Positions 50,281 to 64,000 of a DNA stretch of 64,000 nucleotides are shown here, piece after piece (position 1 is the first letter of the stretch; every line of letters begins with the position of its first letter). The position numbers were made by a program, and so were the translations under genes. Origin of the DNA: the human T2T-CHM13v2.0 reference genome, Homo sapiens; the NCBI RefSeq assembly GCF_009914755.1, contig NC_060927.1; one strand, given 5' to 3'. The notes under the pieces were generated by a model. It had not been told where the DNA came from. It did not search any database and was given only the letters and a program-made list of their open reading frames with translations.

Positions 50281-52774
50281 GACTCAAAGTGATGTAACTC
50301 AAAACACCAAGAATCTGATTCAGTTCCCCTGGAATTAATTTCACGTTATCACCATTCTCCCATACCATTTTATTTGTACATATGCGAGAGCTCATTTTGC
50401 ATTCATCTATGTTTCATGTATCACATAGTTCTTTTTGTTCTTGAAATATAAATTCCTTGTGGAATTCCTCATACTTAATACATATTGTTGATTTAATTTA
50501 AATAAGGGAGTCCTGAACTTGGATTTAGGAAGACTAAATTCGGTTCCCTCTCTAAAACCAACATGCTGTATGATCTAGGGCAACTCCCTCAGTCTACTTT
50601 AGGTTTCATAACTATATCCACGAAATTAGAATCTTGGACAATATCTTACCCAAGGACTCTTCTGGGAGGGGTATATGGTTTGATTATTCCCATCCACCTT
50701 GCTTCATTCAGCATTACAGAGCTCCAACTACATTCCAGGCCCAGTACTAGTTGCTAGGTTTATAGAGATAAATGCAACCCAGCCTTACTGTGCAGGAATC
50801 TGCATCTCTTCAAAGAAAGAGACATATGAAGAATTATAGCAGTGTGACAAAAGTAAGCACAGAGGGATAGGGACACACAATGGTATCTGTAACCAAACTT
50901 GCGGTGTCAAGAGGAATTCTTGCAGAGATCACAGCTGAGTTGATTCTTAAAGGATGTTACTTAAAGGATAAGTAATGGCAAGAGTATGAGGAGGACACCT
51001 CATATAGAGTTTGTTCAAGAAAGGGGACATCTTTCTCAAGCCTGAGGACAGCTGGCTGAAGAGAGAAAATAGATGTTCTTAAGGCCTTCTAAATTTTGAG
51101 CCTCTGATGTATTTCAGTGCTACATTTTGTCTTCTTGAGGGCAATTGTTTGGTACGCTCACGTAAGTTTTAATGCATGTGCTAGGCTCAATATTGGGAAA
51201 GGAAAACAAGTTATATGGACAAACTATGGTGCCCAAGGCAGGAGACAAGTTTTTCTATGTTTGCTGGCAAAGAAGATTTACCGAACTATTTTATATTTAT
51301 TATTAGGCAGCACTGTGGAAATGGATTTTTAAATACCTACAGCCACAGGCTAATGGAGAGAAGAGGATATATTTGCCACTAGACAGGTCTTCAGCCAATT
51401 TATGTATGTTAAATCAGTCCAATGTTCCTCTCCTTGATCATAATGAGTATATTTCTTTGGAGAAATCAAAGTCCCTGTTATTTTCTCCCTATTTATGGTG
51501 ATAAGATATTTGTGTTACTCCAGGTAAAGTGCCCCAGAAATGGCTTGTAGAAGCAGCCCTTCACACTAAGTGCACCGTGGGAAGAATATGTTACAGGAAT
51601 CCCAATCCTCTGGATATAAATGTTGACATTTTGCCCTTCCTGTTTGGCATGAGTAATCGATCACCTATAATTTTACCTCACGGAATCATTTTCTGCTTTA
51701 GGCAGAAATGTTCTTTGCTGATAAACATCCCACTACACATAAATGTCATCCTGAAAGGTTCTCTTTTTGGAGAAATGGCCAAGAGCCCTTCTATTTCAAT
51801 AATTTTCTTTACTAAAGAAGAGAAACAAATGACAAAACTCGACAAAGTGGTGGCTGGAACACGGTCTTCTCAACGTTTCTTGGAAGGATGAAACAGGAGA
51901 ATGCCAGAGGGAGAATTTATTACTTGTAAGGATGCTCATTTCTTAGAAAAGTTTGGTTTATAATCTGAAATTTGGTATTGACTGCAGGTATGGACATGGA
52001 TTCATTGTTGCTGATGCCAATTCTGGGCATGTAATAACTACTCAAAACTAAACCAGGCCACTACCATTTTTTAATTGTACTGTGGATCTTTTAGTCTTAG
52101 TTTAAGCTGCCCCTTTGACTTTATGGGAAGGAAACAGAATAAAGGAAGGAACATGCCTAGCCTAATTAGACTATACTAAGTGCATTGGCCATTTCATTAG
52201 TTCTTTTACTAATGACTGGACTAAGTATTTTACACATGCTGTCAAATTAACACACATTCATGAAAAACATTGAGTCATATACTGTGAAGATTAAAAATCA
52301 TATCATGCAATCTTCACCACAATTTCAAGAAGTTAGGCATTTCATCATCCAAAGTTTGAAAATGAGCAAGTAAGAGTTTAAATCAAATGCCTAAGTTTAC
52401 ATAATTTGCAAGTGATGAAGCTGAGATCTGAATTCAGGTTTATCTGACTCCAAAGCTCATGTTTAGGGCCTCACGGATAACACTGTAGTCATCCAGTAAA
52501 TGCTTGTAAAACTAAACTTTTGTGGAAGCAATAATGGTGGACCCACTGAAGATGGCCCAGGGTACAAAGGAGTCATCCTCCTCAAAATCCCACTCTTTCC
52601 CCATCCATTGGTTTATTTATCAAACACTTCCTGAGTTTATATTCTTGTCAATATACTGTGTTATGAGACTCAGATATGAACTTATCTCTGGACAGCCTTA
52701 ATCCCAGATGACCTAGTTGGGAAAATAGAAAGACAAATAATTATTACACAGTAGTCTATATACCAATTCAGGAA

Positions 52775-53312
52775 TATTTATGGTGATCTATGACTGAATA
52801 GTAATTACCCTAAACTTAGTGTCTTAAAACAGTAGTTTTATTATCTCTTATGATTCTTGAGGTATTGGACTCAGCTAGGGTTCTCTTGTGTTTTTGCAGT
52901 CCAATGGTTGTTGAGACTAAGATCATCTGAGGCTTTCTTTACTTACACATCTAGCTTCTGGGATGAATGGAACCATTGTTAGATAGTCTGACAGATATCT
53001 CTTTCTTCACATGGATTCTCCATATGGCTAGCTTAAAATTTCTTATAGCATGACAGTCTCATGTAGATAAATATTTCTGGTGACTGGCTTCCCTTGAATT
53101 AAACCTTCCAAGAGACAAGGTTGGAAGCTGCAAGGCTTTTTCTTAGTAAACCTCTGAAGCCACACAGTTTTTCTTCCACTGCATTCTGTTTGTTACCAGT
53201 GAGTCCCAATCCTGCTCAGATTCAAGGGGTGGGGCTATAAAAGAGCACAAATACTGACAGAGGCATTGTTCTTTGTTGTGTTGGGGGGGTGCATCTTTGG
53301 AGACCAGCTCCT
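52775..53312 (-). mobile_element. Old MLT1-type LTR
   Basis: aattaccctaaacttagtgtcttaaaaca...ggaagctgcaaggc...ttccactgcattctgtt...gctcagattcaagggg. Confidence 0.75.
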
Positions 53313-53721
53313 ATATTTACCAAGGGCTTTGAGATCCGTATGAAGCAACAGACCAACTCTACCCTAAGGCAGAAGAAGTCCAGGCTGAGAAGATTTTGAC
53401 AAAGGTGAGGTGGGACTTACAAGTCAAGAGGCTAGAGTTTGGTCCCCCACGTAATTGGATTGAACAATGGCGTGTGTTTAGTGGGATGGGGTATGTGGAG
53501 AGTGGCATAGAGGGTACAGAGATTACCAATAGGTGTCTGCTTCCTGGCCATGCAAGAAATGCAGACTTTATAAAGAAGGGAATAGGAATCATTGAAAGGT
53601 TTAAAGCAACCAAAGAGTACCAAGATGAGTGCTGCATATTAGAAAGATAACTCTCTGGTTGCAGTGTGGACGATAGACATAAGAAGTCAATAATGGAGTC
53701 AGGGAAACATGCAAATGAGAG

Positions 53722-54556
53722 AAAATGGTGGGCAAAGGACATGGACAGTCACTTTTCAAAAGAAGACATAAGTGCAGCCAACAAGCATATGGAAAAATGT
53801 TCAACATCACTAATCATTAGAGAAATACAAATCAGAGCTACAATGTAAAACCATCTGATACCAGCCCGAATGACTGTTATTAAAAAGTTAAAAAAATAAC
53901 AGATGCTGGTGAGATTGTGGAGAAAAGGGAATGCTTATACATTGTTGGTGGGAATGTAAATTAGTTTAGCCATTGTGGAAAGTAGTTTGTTGATTTCTCC
54001 AGGAACTTAAAATACAATTACCATTAAACCCAGCAATCTATTGGTTACATACCCAAAGGAATGTAAATCATTCTACCCTAGAGACACATGCATACATATG
54101 TTCATTGCAGCACCATTTACAATAGCAAACACATGGAATCCAATGTCCATCAGCAGTAGATTAGGTAAAGAAAATGTGGTACATGTAGACCATGGAGTAC
54201 TACACAGCCATAAAAAAGAACAAGATTATGTCCTTTGTAGCAACATGGATGGAGCTGGAGGCCATTATCCTAAGCAGTCCTACCACACAGACATAAAACC
54301 AGATACCACATGTTGTCACCTATAAGTCACAGCTAAACACTGAGCACACATGGACACAAAGAAGGGAACAATAGACTCTGGGGCTTACTTGAGGCTGGAA
54401 GATGGGAGGAGAGTGAGGACTGAAAAGCTACCCATGCGGTATTAGGCTTATTACCTGGGTGATTAAATAATGAGTACACCAAACTCCAGTGACATGTGAT
54501 TTACCTGTACAACAAACCTGTACATGCACCCCTGAACCTAAAAGTTAAAAATAAAT
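53722..54556 (+). mobile_element. L1PA15/16-type 3' end
   Basis: tgggcaaaggacatggacag...ORF2 C-terminal relic; 3' UTR tgaaaagctaccc...acaaacctgtacatgcacccctgaacctaaaa. Confidence 0.9.
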
Positions 54557-54619
54557 AGGGTCGTTGTGTAAGATTAAGTTGAATTGTAGAGTAACATTTA
54601 AGAGAGGTGTGAAAGTGTA

Positions 54620-54800
54620 GCATGTGCTAAGATGCATAGACTTTGAACTCTGGAATATGACTGCTTGGTTTTAATCCCTGACACGACCTATGTGCTCTTG
54701 GGCAACTTGCTTAATCTTCTGTACCTCAGTTTCCCTATCTATAAAATGTGAGAATAATAGCCCCTATCCAAAAACAGTTTTTGTGAAAAGCAAATTATTT
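54620..54800 (+). mobile_element. MIR SINE
   Basis: cttgggcaacttgcttaatcttctgtacctcagtttccctatctataaaatg. Confidence 0.8.
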
Positions 54801-54929
54801 TTACTACAGTATAAAAACACCACAAGATCAATTCTGTCCATTATGTTCACTGATATATTCACAGCACCTAACTAGATTCTCAATAAACATTTTTGAATGA
54901 ATACATGTAAAATGATTGGAACAACAACT

Positions 54930-55460
54930 GACACAATTTTACTCCTAGAAATTTATCCTAAAAATATACTCACAATAATTTAAGCCAATGTAAATAAGAG
55001 ATTATTAATTACATAAATAGCAATAGCTTACTTGAACAAGAAAAGTTTGGGAAAGAATATATGCTTATATACATACATTTATCAAAAGGAGACTGTATAA
55101 GCAAATTATGGCTTAGTCATACAATGAAATACTATGCAGTCACTAAGAAAATAAGGGAACTTGATATGTACAGTTAAAGAATGATCTCCAACATATGTGA
55201 AAAAGTAAGGTACAGAAAAAAGCAAAGTGTAGAAAAATATCAAGGTGCTAGTGCATATAGTATGTTATCATTTGTAGAGGAATGTATATGCATGTATGTG
55301 AATATTTATGTATATACCTATATATGTGCACACACACAATCTCTGGTAGGGTTCACAGAAATTTGGCAACAATGTTTGCCTCTGGGGAAGGGATATGGCT
55401 CTCTGGGCTCAGGAGTGGGAAGAAGACTGATGCTAGACTCTTGATATTTGTTTTATGTGC
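54930..55460 (+). mobile_element. L1ME-type 3' relic
   Basis: caattttactcctagaaatttatcct...catacaatgaaatactatgcagtc...tttgcctctgggga. Confidence 0.65.
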
Positions 55461-56756
55461 AAGGTAAATGAACCCTGTTTAAAATGAATCAAACAGTTTA
55501 TCATTTCTAAAGGAATAATTGATATCAAAAAACAGTTGAGTACATAAGGTCATGCGAGAGGGTGGGTGTGTTTTCAAGTGTCTAAGAGAGCCACATGGCA
55601 TCTTGCTGAAAGTATGTGTGTGGACACAGGGCTGAAAAAAATGTGGCATTTTTCTGCACAAGGGAGCATCATGCCTTCAACTGGTAAATCCCCTGTGAAT
55701 TGACCTCTAAAGATTGATTATGGTTCAGCATTCCACTCCTTTGGCTTGGAAAATTAGATTGAATACCATTATTAGTTTTGACTATCAGACCTGAATTTTC
55801 TGTATACTCACATAGCAGGCAGATAGCCTCTAGTATTTCACAAGTAATCTCATGGAAGTTTGCTTTCTTAAGGGGATGGAGGATGCTAAGAGTAGGCCAG
55901 TAGTGCCTACTATGTGCCAGGAACCCTGCTGGGTAGTTGACTTATACATCACATCAGTTAACCCTCTCACTACCACCTTGAGTGGTCATTATTATCTCCA
56001 TTTAAACAACAAACAGTCTTAGATGGTTAAATAAATTGTCCATGGACATACAAGTGTATATGACAAGAGAGAAGTCATATGACAAATGCTATTGACTATG
56101 CCTGAGCTCGTGAATCATTAATATTATCATAGTATTTTTTTTGAGGAGGAAAACCTTAGACATCATCTCAACTTGGGCAGGTCACTCATATTTTATAGGT
56201 AAGGATGGTGTGGCCCATAGATGGGAAGAGAGTTATTCATGTCACAAAGGGGATGGTGCAGGTTAGGGCCACATTCTAAGTCTTTAGATGCTTAGCCCAG
56301 GATCTCTTTGGGTTTTATTTTTTCAGTTCTTTCTAAAGTTGGATCCCAGCAAAACCTTACAAAGGCTGCATTACTCTTGGATCTCATCTTAAAGACCCTG
56401 AAATGGCTCCTCTATTTGTTCTGGGATCCCTTATTTTTGACTCCCCATGTTCATCATTGGTAACTTGGCCTGTGCCTGTAGAAGTGACCTACCAATTTTT
56501 ATAAATAGCATTTCAAGCTGTCTTTAAATTAGAAGTATCTGGTGAGAAAAGATTGGTTTTTATTTGCTTTGGAATTTCTGGACTTCTTTGTTTTGTGTCA
56601 GGCATGACTGTAGGTACTCATCCTGGCTTGCCTAAATGAGTAATTATCTGGCATTCATTTAAAAGGGCTGTATAGAACCCAGAGGCAGTGCCACATTGAT
56701 GTATGGATTACCAGTAGAATGTGAGAGCTACAAGTTAGAAAGTTTTATTGCTTCCG

Positions 56757-57295
56757 TGATACTCAGGGTTCTAAGATGATCCCCAAGATTCCTACCCTTC
56801 AGTGTATGCACCATGTATAATCTCTTCCTTTTGATTGTGGGCAGGACATAAGAATATTATGTATGTCACTCTCATAATTATGTTACACTATATGGGAATG
56901 ATAATTAGATTTTATAGATGTAATTAAGGCCTCTAATAAGTTTGACTTTGAGTTAATCAAAAGGGAGATTACCTGGGTAGGCCTGACCTAATCAGGAAAG
57001 CCCCTTAAAAGGAAGGCCTAGGCCTTCCTAGAGGTTAGACAAATTGTCCTCATGGCTTTGGATTGTACAGCCAAAAGTAAATGAATTCTTCTAAGAATCA
57101 TGTAAGTTTGGGAGAAGACCCTAAGCTCAGATAAGACGATAGACTGGATTGACACCTTGATTACAGCCTTGTGAGACTGAGCAGAGGACCCAGCTAAGCT
57201 GTTCTCAGAATTCTGCTCTACAAAAATTGTGGGATACTAAATGGGTTTTAAGCTTCTAAGTTAGTGGAAATGTGTTAGCCTAAAAAACTAATATA
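56757..57295 (+). mobile_element. MLT1D/E-type solo LTR
   Basis: ttctaagatgatccccaagattcc...tgactttgagttaatcaaaagggagatta...gacccagctaagc...aaaactaatata. Confidence 0.85.
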
Positions 57296-57454
57296 TTCCT
57301 TGTGTTTGTGGAAAGAATTTACACTCCGCTTTTTGTGGTTGATCAGTGGTCCTACACATGATTTCTTCCATTTTTTGTTCCTACTTAAACTTGAATTTTT
57401 TTAGGTGAGAATCTTCAAGAACAAGAACCTTTAGGTGCCTTTGTATAATATTCG

Positions 57455-57903
57455 TCACAATAGCAAAGACTTGGAACCAACCCAAATGTCCAACAATGAT
57501 AGACTGGATTAAGAAAATGTGGCACATATATGCCATGGAATACTATGCAGCCATGAAAAATGATGAGTTCGTGTCCTCTGTAGGGACATGGATGAAACTG
57601 GAAACCATCATTCTCAGCAAACTATCGCAAGGACAAAAAAACAAACACCGCATGTTCTCACTCATAGGTGGGAACTGAACAATGAGAACACATGGACACA
57701 GGAAGGGGAACATCACACACCGGGGACTGTTGTGGGGTGGGGGGAGGGGGAGGGATAGCATTAGGAGATATACCTAATGCTAAATGACAAGTTAATGTGT
57801 GCAGCACACCAACATGGCACATGTATACATATGTAACAAACCTGCACATTGTGCACATGTACCCTAAAACTTAAAGTATAATAATAATAAAATTAAAAAA
57901 AAA
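57455..57903 (+). mobile_element. Young 5'-truncated L1 (L1PA3-like) 3' end
   Basis: ORF2 C-terminus DWIKKMWHIY...MFSLIGGN*; G-rich tract; ggagatatacctaatgctaaatgac and caccaacatgg; A tail; imperfect TSD aatattcgtca/aaaatttgtca. Confidence 0.92.
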
Positions 57904-59418
57904 TTTGTCAAATGACTTAATTTCCTTCTGCCTTCCTTCATTCATCTGTGAAACATGAATAACTCTGGTTGGTGTGTCAGCTGGCTTATTAAGTGGCACT
58001 CAGTTGGAAGTTGGGCTGGTCAGAGGCTTTTACAATGTTTGGGCAGCTGTTGTGGATTGGAAAGAGAACTAGGTTTGGAATCCAAAGAGCTTCATTTCCA
58101 TTTATTCTCCTATGTAAGAGCTGTACGACCTTAGGCAAACTGTTGAACTTTTCTGATTCTTAGTTTTTCCATGTGTAGAGTGAGGGATAATAATAGGCTA
58201 GTGGTGAGGACATTGCATGACTCATGTTGTCACCTTCAGTTTGCTTTAAAATTGTCTAAGTCAGTTCCTCTCTCGTAAACTTTGAAGGGCCCTAACTCTC
58301 TTGATCCCTCGGATTCTTGTAACTCAGAAAGGAAGCTTTGCAAATGGGAAATCATTGAGAATGGTAAATATTCAGGTGACAAACACAACGAAAAATTTCC
58401 ATTTTCTTTCATGAGCAAAATGTCACCCTATTCTGCTTCAATGGAGAATAAAGAAATTTGAATAAAATGTCAGTTTTTTTTCTGAACTAATTTGGGAATC
58501 ATAATGACATGCACAGTCTCAGCTGAACACATGAATATTTATAATTAAAAATGAAATTGTCCTTTTTTTCAGAGTGTGACGGTGAACAAAAATCCCCAGG
58601 GGTGTCCTGGGCCAGAAGAGCTATTTGTTTTAAGAAAAATTCTAAGATAGAGAAGGAAAACAAAGCAGAACAAAACAAAAACAAACCAGAATACACAATG
58701 GAAGCCATCTGAGGGTTGGTAAAACACAGTTGGACTCACAGTTATTCCTCACAGTTAGACTGATGGTGTCCCTTCCATCCCCTCCACATGGCTTACTCGT
58801 GGAGAACACAGAAACTGTCAGTCACCCTGTGAGGGAAGGAGCTTTGAGGACAAGTCCTGAGTGTTTGCTCCCCTACTCCCCTTCCCTGCCTCTGGCCAGC
58901 ATTTTAATGTGCACACATACATTTCCTTTTCCAGACATACTGGAGTTCTTCAAAATTAAATAATGGGACAGACATGTATTAAATACATAAAATGAGAAAA
59001 CAGGGTGCTCCTACAGGTAGTGAACCTTTAATTAGTAGTTACTATATCCATGTTATAGATGAACAAACTGAGATCGACAGATGTGTTTGCCTGTTAGTGA
59101 CATATTTGGTTATTCCTTTCATTATAATTTTTAATTTTCATTTTTAGTCGGAGGACCTCTTCAGGATGTTTCCTTATACTCAGCACAGATAGAGAACCAC
59201 TTTGATGTTGAGGAAGAAATAAACAGGCTGTAGGTCTGGGGTCTGGACTATGTGGCCTTGGGCAAAGCTCCAGTTTCTGGATCCTTACCCTTGTTTGGAC
59301 AATTTTGTAGTTGAACTCAATGACAATTAAAAAGTTTCTTCTAGCTCTGAAGTCTGTGGCTGTGATTCCTCCCTCTTCCTGTACCAGCTTTCCAAACATT
59401 AGAAAGATGCTATTGTTC

Positions 59419-60150
59419 TGTGAAAGGAAAATAAAATCTCGGGACCCTAAAAATCACTAAGCCAAAGGGAAAAGTCAAGCTAGGAACTGCGCCAGGTAAA
59501 CCTGCCTCCCATTTTATTCCCAAGTAGGATGGCTACAAGGATTTTTAAAAAGCTACATACCTCCTCACAATTTGCCCACAAGAAAATTCCTTGTGGGCCT
59601 TAAGATCTTTACCCTAAAATAATTCTGTTGAATTTCACCCTGGCAATGTAAATTAACAGCTTATCTTCACAGGTGTGGGACAAAGGATGGAACTTAAAGT
59701 CATCCCTCTGTTCACTTGAGACAAAAGCATATCTGATTGCTTCCTCTGCCTCACTGTTTATGTAAAAATGCAGATTCACTGAGCCAGACTAAGGCATAAG
59801 TGACTATTCCTCTACCCGCCTCTCACATGTAAATTGTGTATTTAGTGAAAGGCTGACCAAAGACCCCAAATAATACAACCTTTTGTCTTTTACCTACTTA
59901 TGACCTGAAAGCCTCCCCTCACCCCCACTGCAAGTTGTCCCATCCTTCCTGATCAAATCAATGTAAATCTTACATGTATTAACGGATGTATTATGTCTCC
60001 CTAAATTGTATAAAAGCAAGCTGTACCCTGACCACCTTGGGGGCATGTCGTCAGGACCTCCTGAGGCTATGTAACTGGTGCATCCTTAACCTTGGCAAAA
60101 TAAACTTTCTAAATTGATAGAGACTTGTCTCAGATATATTTAGGTTCACA
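59419..60150 (+). mobile_element. MER4-group ERV1 solo LTR
   Basis: tgtgaaaggaaaataaaatctcgggacc...aataaactttctaaattga...ttcaca; perfect 4-bp TSD gttc (59415-59418, 60151-60154). Confidence 0.92.
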
Positions 60151-60809
60151 GTTCTTTTCTCTGAGCCTGGCAGAGGAAATCATTTTTGGGAGGAAAGCCA
60201 AGGTTTATGTCACTTAGAACTTTTCACCCTAAATAATCTTTCCTGCTTTTCCCTTAAACCCAGGGAAGCAATTATTTTTGCTCAGCCTTGGTAAAGTTGA
60301 GGAACTACTAAACTGATCTGTTCAGGATTATTGAGCTTAATTGAGCTTAATCAAGATACATCTTTCTTTGTTGAAAAGGTAGAGAAGTTTGATGCTTAAC
60401 AGCTCGACAGTTTCTTCTAGAAGCCTTGGAAAACTTGGTTTTATTTTCTCTCTTTTTCATGTACTTGCTTCTTTGGAGTTAATGGTTTCTTCCTGTAACA
60501 GTGCCATCATCAACCTTCCTGGACACCACCCACATCCATTATCTCAGTGACAGTGCCTTAATTGAAATGACATCTTAGAATTATTTCTTTAAAATTCATT
60601 GTTTAATTCAGTAAATTTAGTATTAATTAACGCCAACTGCCCTGGTGTTTTGGTCTCCCATTTGTCACTCTCTCAGCTCATGGAGCAGTACAAGAAATAA
60701 TAGGTCTATTTCATTTTACAGGACTTATTTTACTTTACAATTCAGATTTGCTAGTGTAGCAATAATGGAAATTCAAAATGTCTTGGTATTTTGTAATGAT
60801 CATACTTGG

Positions 60810-60883
60810 AAAAAAGAAAGCAAGGGAAGAGAAGAGGAGAATGAGAAAAAGGAGGAGGAGGAAGTAGAGGAAGAGGAGGAAGG
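60810..60883. repeat. GA-rich low-complexity tract
   Basis: Direct reading (gag/gaa runs). Confidence 0.85.
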
Positions 60884-61221
60884 CTGGTGGTCAGATTCTA
60901 CTCATCAGTGGAGGAGCTTTGGTGCTGAGGAAAGTACCAGAAGTCAAGGTGGGGGTATACAAATGTCAGTTGTGGCTCCTTGGGTAATGTCAGACAGCTA
61001 TATGCTTCAAAAGCCTTGTTCCATTTGCATAATATTCAAACTGAGACTCTGTGTGTGTGTGCACGCAAGTACAGTTAACTATTTTTCAGCCCTGTGGGAA
61101 AATATGTTGTAGTTAAATAATGTTATAACAAAGAGTTATCATGCGTCTTGTTAATATAATACAAATTTTCTAAGAATTAGATTATGTTGGGAACGTAGCT
61201 ATTGAGTCTTAGTGGTTAAAT

Positions 61222-61650
61222 GTGGTCTTAGGTTGGTTTTCCCAGAAGACTCTGAGATAAGGATTTGAGAACAAGTAGCTTATTTCAAGGGTGATCAAAG
61301 GAAGCATTCAAAGACAAGACATGAAAGAGAAAAACAGCCCCAAAATATATACCTTTTAGTCAGTTACACCATGGGCAATTGGGGCTCAACCCTACTGGGG
61401 AGCTTTGGGAGATGATGCAGAACTCACCTTCAAGTATGCCACCTGAAGGCTGAGGAAGCTTGGTATTTATCCTCCAGCTTCCACTTGTTATTACTGAGGG
61501 CTCCTTCCGGGAGCACCAAAATTGTGGAACTTATGGCCTGCCCAATTTGTGGGTGGCAAAATAAAGTCTTTGGGCTTGCTTTAAATTGCAACATGTATGT
61601 ACTAGCAAGATGAGTGCAAAGAAATAGAGGTGGAACACTAACAACATCTA
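61222..61650 (-). mobile_element. LTR16C-like ERVL LTR
   Basis: tcttaggttggttttcccagaagactctgagataaggatttgagaacaagtag...gggcaattggggctcaaccctactgggg. Confidence 0.7.
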
Positions 61651-62129
61651 CTTATGTGTAATAATTCATGGATAGTCAGGCTCAATTATCATCTGAGGTT
61701 AGAACTGGAGGCTGCCACACTGTGGGATAGACTACTTTGGGGTCCAGGTTACCATGAGGGGTGCACATACTCATCATACTTTAATATTTCTCAGCCAGGT
61801 ACAATTTATCTATGTGTAGTGGATATGGCAGATGTTCTGCCCAGATCCCCTTTACTCAGAGCCTTGACTTAGCCCTGCATTGTGAAAGAGGGTAGCTTGT
61901 TTAACCTGTAACAGCAGTCATCTGTTTTTACATTAAGCGGTGCTAATGATCTGTCTATGCTTCTTGGCTTCATAGGTCACAGTGTTTGGACACCGCATGA
62001 ACATGCCAATTTCCTGTGTTGTAATATTTTTATGCACTTTAAGAAGACCACCAGAAACAGCAGAGTGAGTGAATGAGTGAGTGAAATTCCTGTTTATGTA
62101 TTTAGGTTAGAGTGGGTAATATGAAGCCA

Positions 62130-62330
62130 CAGACGGAAAGGAAATGAACACCTTTTAAATGAGGAAGATCTTATTATCCCCATTTTAATATTATCTCCAT
62201 TTATAGAAGAAAACTGAAGCCCAGATAATCTCATTAACTTGCACAATATCACAACCTGTCTGTCGGTAGATTTGGGATTTGAATCAGGCCTTACTAGACA
62301 CAAGGATCACTTTTTAACAATCACATCACA
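62130..62330 (-). mobile_element. MIR SINE
   Basis: tattatctccatttatagaagaaaactgaagc...gggatttgaatc. Confidence 0.7.
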
Positions 62331-62924
62331 CTGTCCCCAAATGACAAGACATCATACTTCCTATTTGACTGGAATCTTGAAGTAAGGGGAGAAATTGTTG
62401 CAGCCATAGCACCTTTATTTCCAAGGGTTCTGTAACATTAGAATATTGTCAATGGCTCTGGCCAACAGAACATTGGGAATTGGCTCTAGTTCCTTTCATT
62501 TCTATTGATAATGTGATCTTCAGTTCACTTGAGCACATGAAATCTTCCTAAACTTAGTGATGCTTTCTGATTGGCAGGTGTGACTAACACATATCAGTGC
62601 AATGGCTCTGGAACTCTTTCCTTATAGAGTCTGATCATCTTGATTCTCAGGCTGAGTACAATTAAACCTTCTCTCATTTATAACTTAGAAAGGTCTCACA
62701 ATACCTGGGAGCCAATGTAATGCATGCCTTAATCATCAGTATAATATCAAGAAAGATTTCTTTGCCACAGGGCCTGTTGAAAATACACTGTCAGACAAGA
62801 AACCTGGTCTCCCCATGAAGCTTCCATGTGTTTGAACCTGGAGGGCTCTAACAACATGGGGTCTTCCAATCATTTGAAGAAGTGATTGTGTTTATTTGCT
62901 CTGTATCCTTTACTTGACTTTCAT

Positions 62925-63190
62925 TTAAATTCCACAAACATTTTCTGAACACCTACCAAGTGCCAGGCACCGCACTAGACCCTGGGGAAATTACAAAGAT
63001 AAAGAAGACCTTGTCCTAGTTTCATTCTTGCAGAAGAGCCCAGCATATAAACAAACAAGTATTTATTGCACTTTGCAGAAAGAATTAGGGCTAATTAGTT
63101 ATTCCTGTACCTAGTGTTGGGAGCCCAGGACAAGGTGTTAATTCTGACAGCAGGGGATATGGAAGTGATGTTGAGGGATGAGCATGGTGT
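62925..63190 (-). mobile_element. L2 3' fragment
   Basis: caaacattttctgaacacctaccaagtgccaggcac...acaaagataaagaagac. Confidence 0.65.
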
Positions 63191-63308
63191 TGATAAACAA
63201 GGAAAGGAGCTAGATTTATCTTTGCGGGCAACCAATACAAAACAGGAAGCAACATTCTTCAATTGTTTTCATACATAGTTTTGTCTGTAGGTTAGTACGC
63301 ATAGATAA

Positions 63309-63357
63309 TATGTGTGTGTGTGCATATATGTGTGTCTGTGTCTGTGTATGTATGTGT
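63309..63357. repeat. Degenerate (TG)n microsatellite
   Basis: Direct reading. Confidence 0.85.
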
Positions 63358-64000
63358 AGGAAAGAGTCACTGAGATGCAAAGAGAACTATTTCATATCTG
63401 GCCAGCCATAGGATGTTTATCACTAGTTTTCCGTGACTTGGGCTTAAAGGCCAACCTCTTACCTGCAAGACATAGAGAAAGCCATGACAGCATGATTATA
63501 CTAATATTTCTGATCATCTGCAAAACTTATCATGTGGCAATCACCTGGACTTAAAATCTCCCGTTGAGATTTGGTTGTTAGCACAGCCCAAATAGGCTGC
63601 TCCCATTTTATTGTTTTAGTTTGCTAGACCCAGGCTGTGTTTATATTGAGGAGAGAAATAATTTTTTCCCATAAAAATGATTTGCAGAAACTGCCACTCT
63701 GCACTTCTGCAGGTTCATTTTAAAAGGATTTGGTAGAATCTGTTTGTTAGCAGGAAAAGAAAAGAGCAATATTGCCCCAGTTTTCACCACAGAGAGTAAT
63801 GGGAAGTGACAGCCTAGGGCAGGCTGAAGTGGTGACAGCAGAAATAGTTCAGTGGTAAATGAGGAGGAGAATGATATTTATTGAACACCTGCTATGTTCC
63901 AGGCACAACTCTAAGCATGTTTTATGTATTGTTTCATTAACTCTGTAAAGATAAAATGGAATTATGCATGCAAAAATGTTTTATAATATGCTCTACGAAT

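Noticed and set aside
60330-60351. Short tandem attgagctta duplication resembling a double-homeobox site
   Set aside because: Does not match the DUX4 consensus; typical slippage duplication like those near 1789, 35514 and 42889
60645-61112. 155-aa ORF with acidic poly-E stretch
   Set aside because: Non-ATG start, and the E/K run is just the GA-rich low-complexity tract; no domain or splice evidence
456-61650. LTR orientation bias as evidence of a minus-strand host gene
   Set aside because: MaLR LTRs lean plus, but the LTR16-like and other LTRs are minus; counts are too small and mixed
1-64000. tRNA, snRNA, Y RNA, rRNA or processed pseudogenes; gene or locus identity
   Set aside because: No recognisable sequence found by eye; short spliced exons cannot be excluded without alignment

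Overview
This is primate (probably hominoid/human-like) non-coding genomic DNA, either intergenic or deep-intronic. It is AT-rich, CpG-poor and largely made of layered transposable-element relics. These include a full-length THE1A-type MaLR provirus (22250-24492), a ~6.2 kb internally deleted minus-strand L1MA-type LINE carrying a nested L1PB-type 3' end (43246-49452), a young L1PA3-like 3' end, and a MER4-group solo LTR with a perfect 4-bp TSD. There are also many MLT1/MST/LTR16/LTR33-like LTRs, hAT MITEs, L2 and MIR fragments, and only two Alu pieces. I found no credible protein-coding gene, RNA gene or processed pseudogene; the ORF track is explained by repeat relics, low complexity and chance. 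Subfamily names come from remembered consensus features, not from a database search, and the boundaries of old elements are approximate. I cannot support a new biological system here. The most unusual directly visible structures are: a ~220-bp nested palindrome with flip/flop inner hairpins (21429-21648); a 90-bp inverted copy of the L1 5'-end/flank junction placed inside the same L1; a ~335-bp diverged direct duplication; a tailless internal Alu fragment; several small fold-back scars; and repeat-free islands with regulatory-looking motif clusters.
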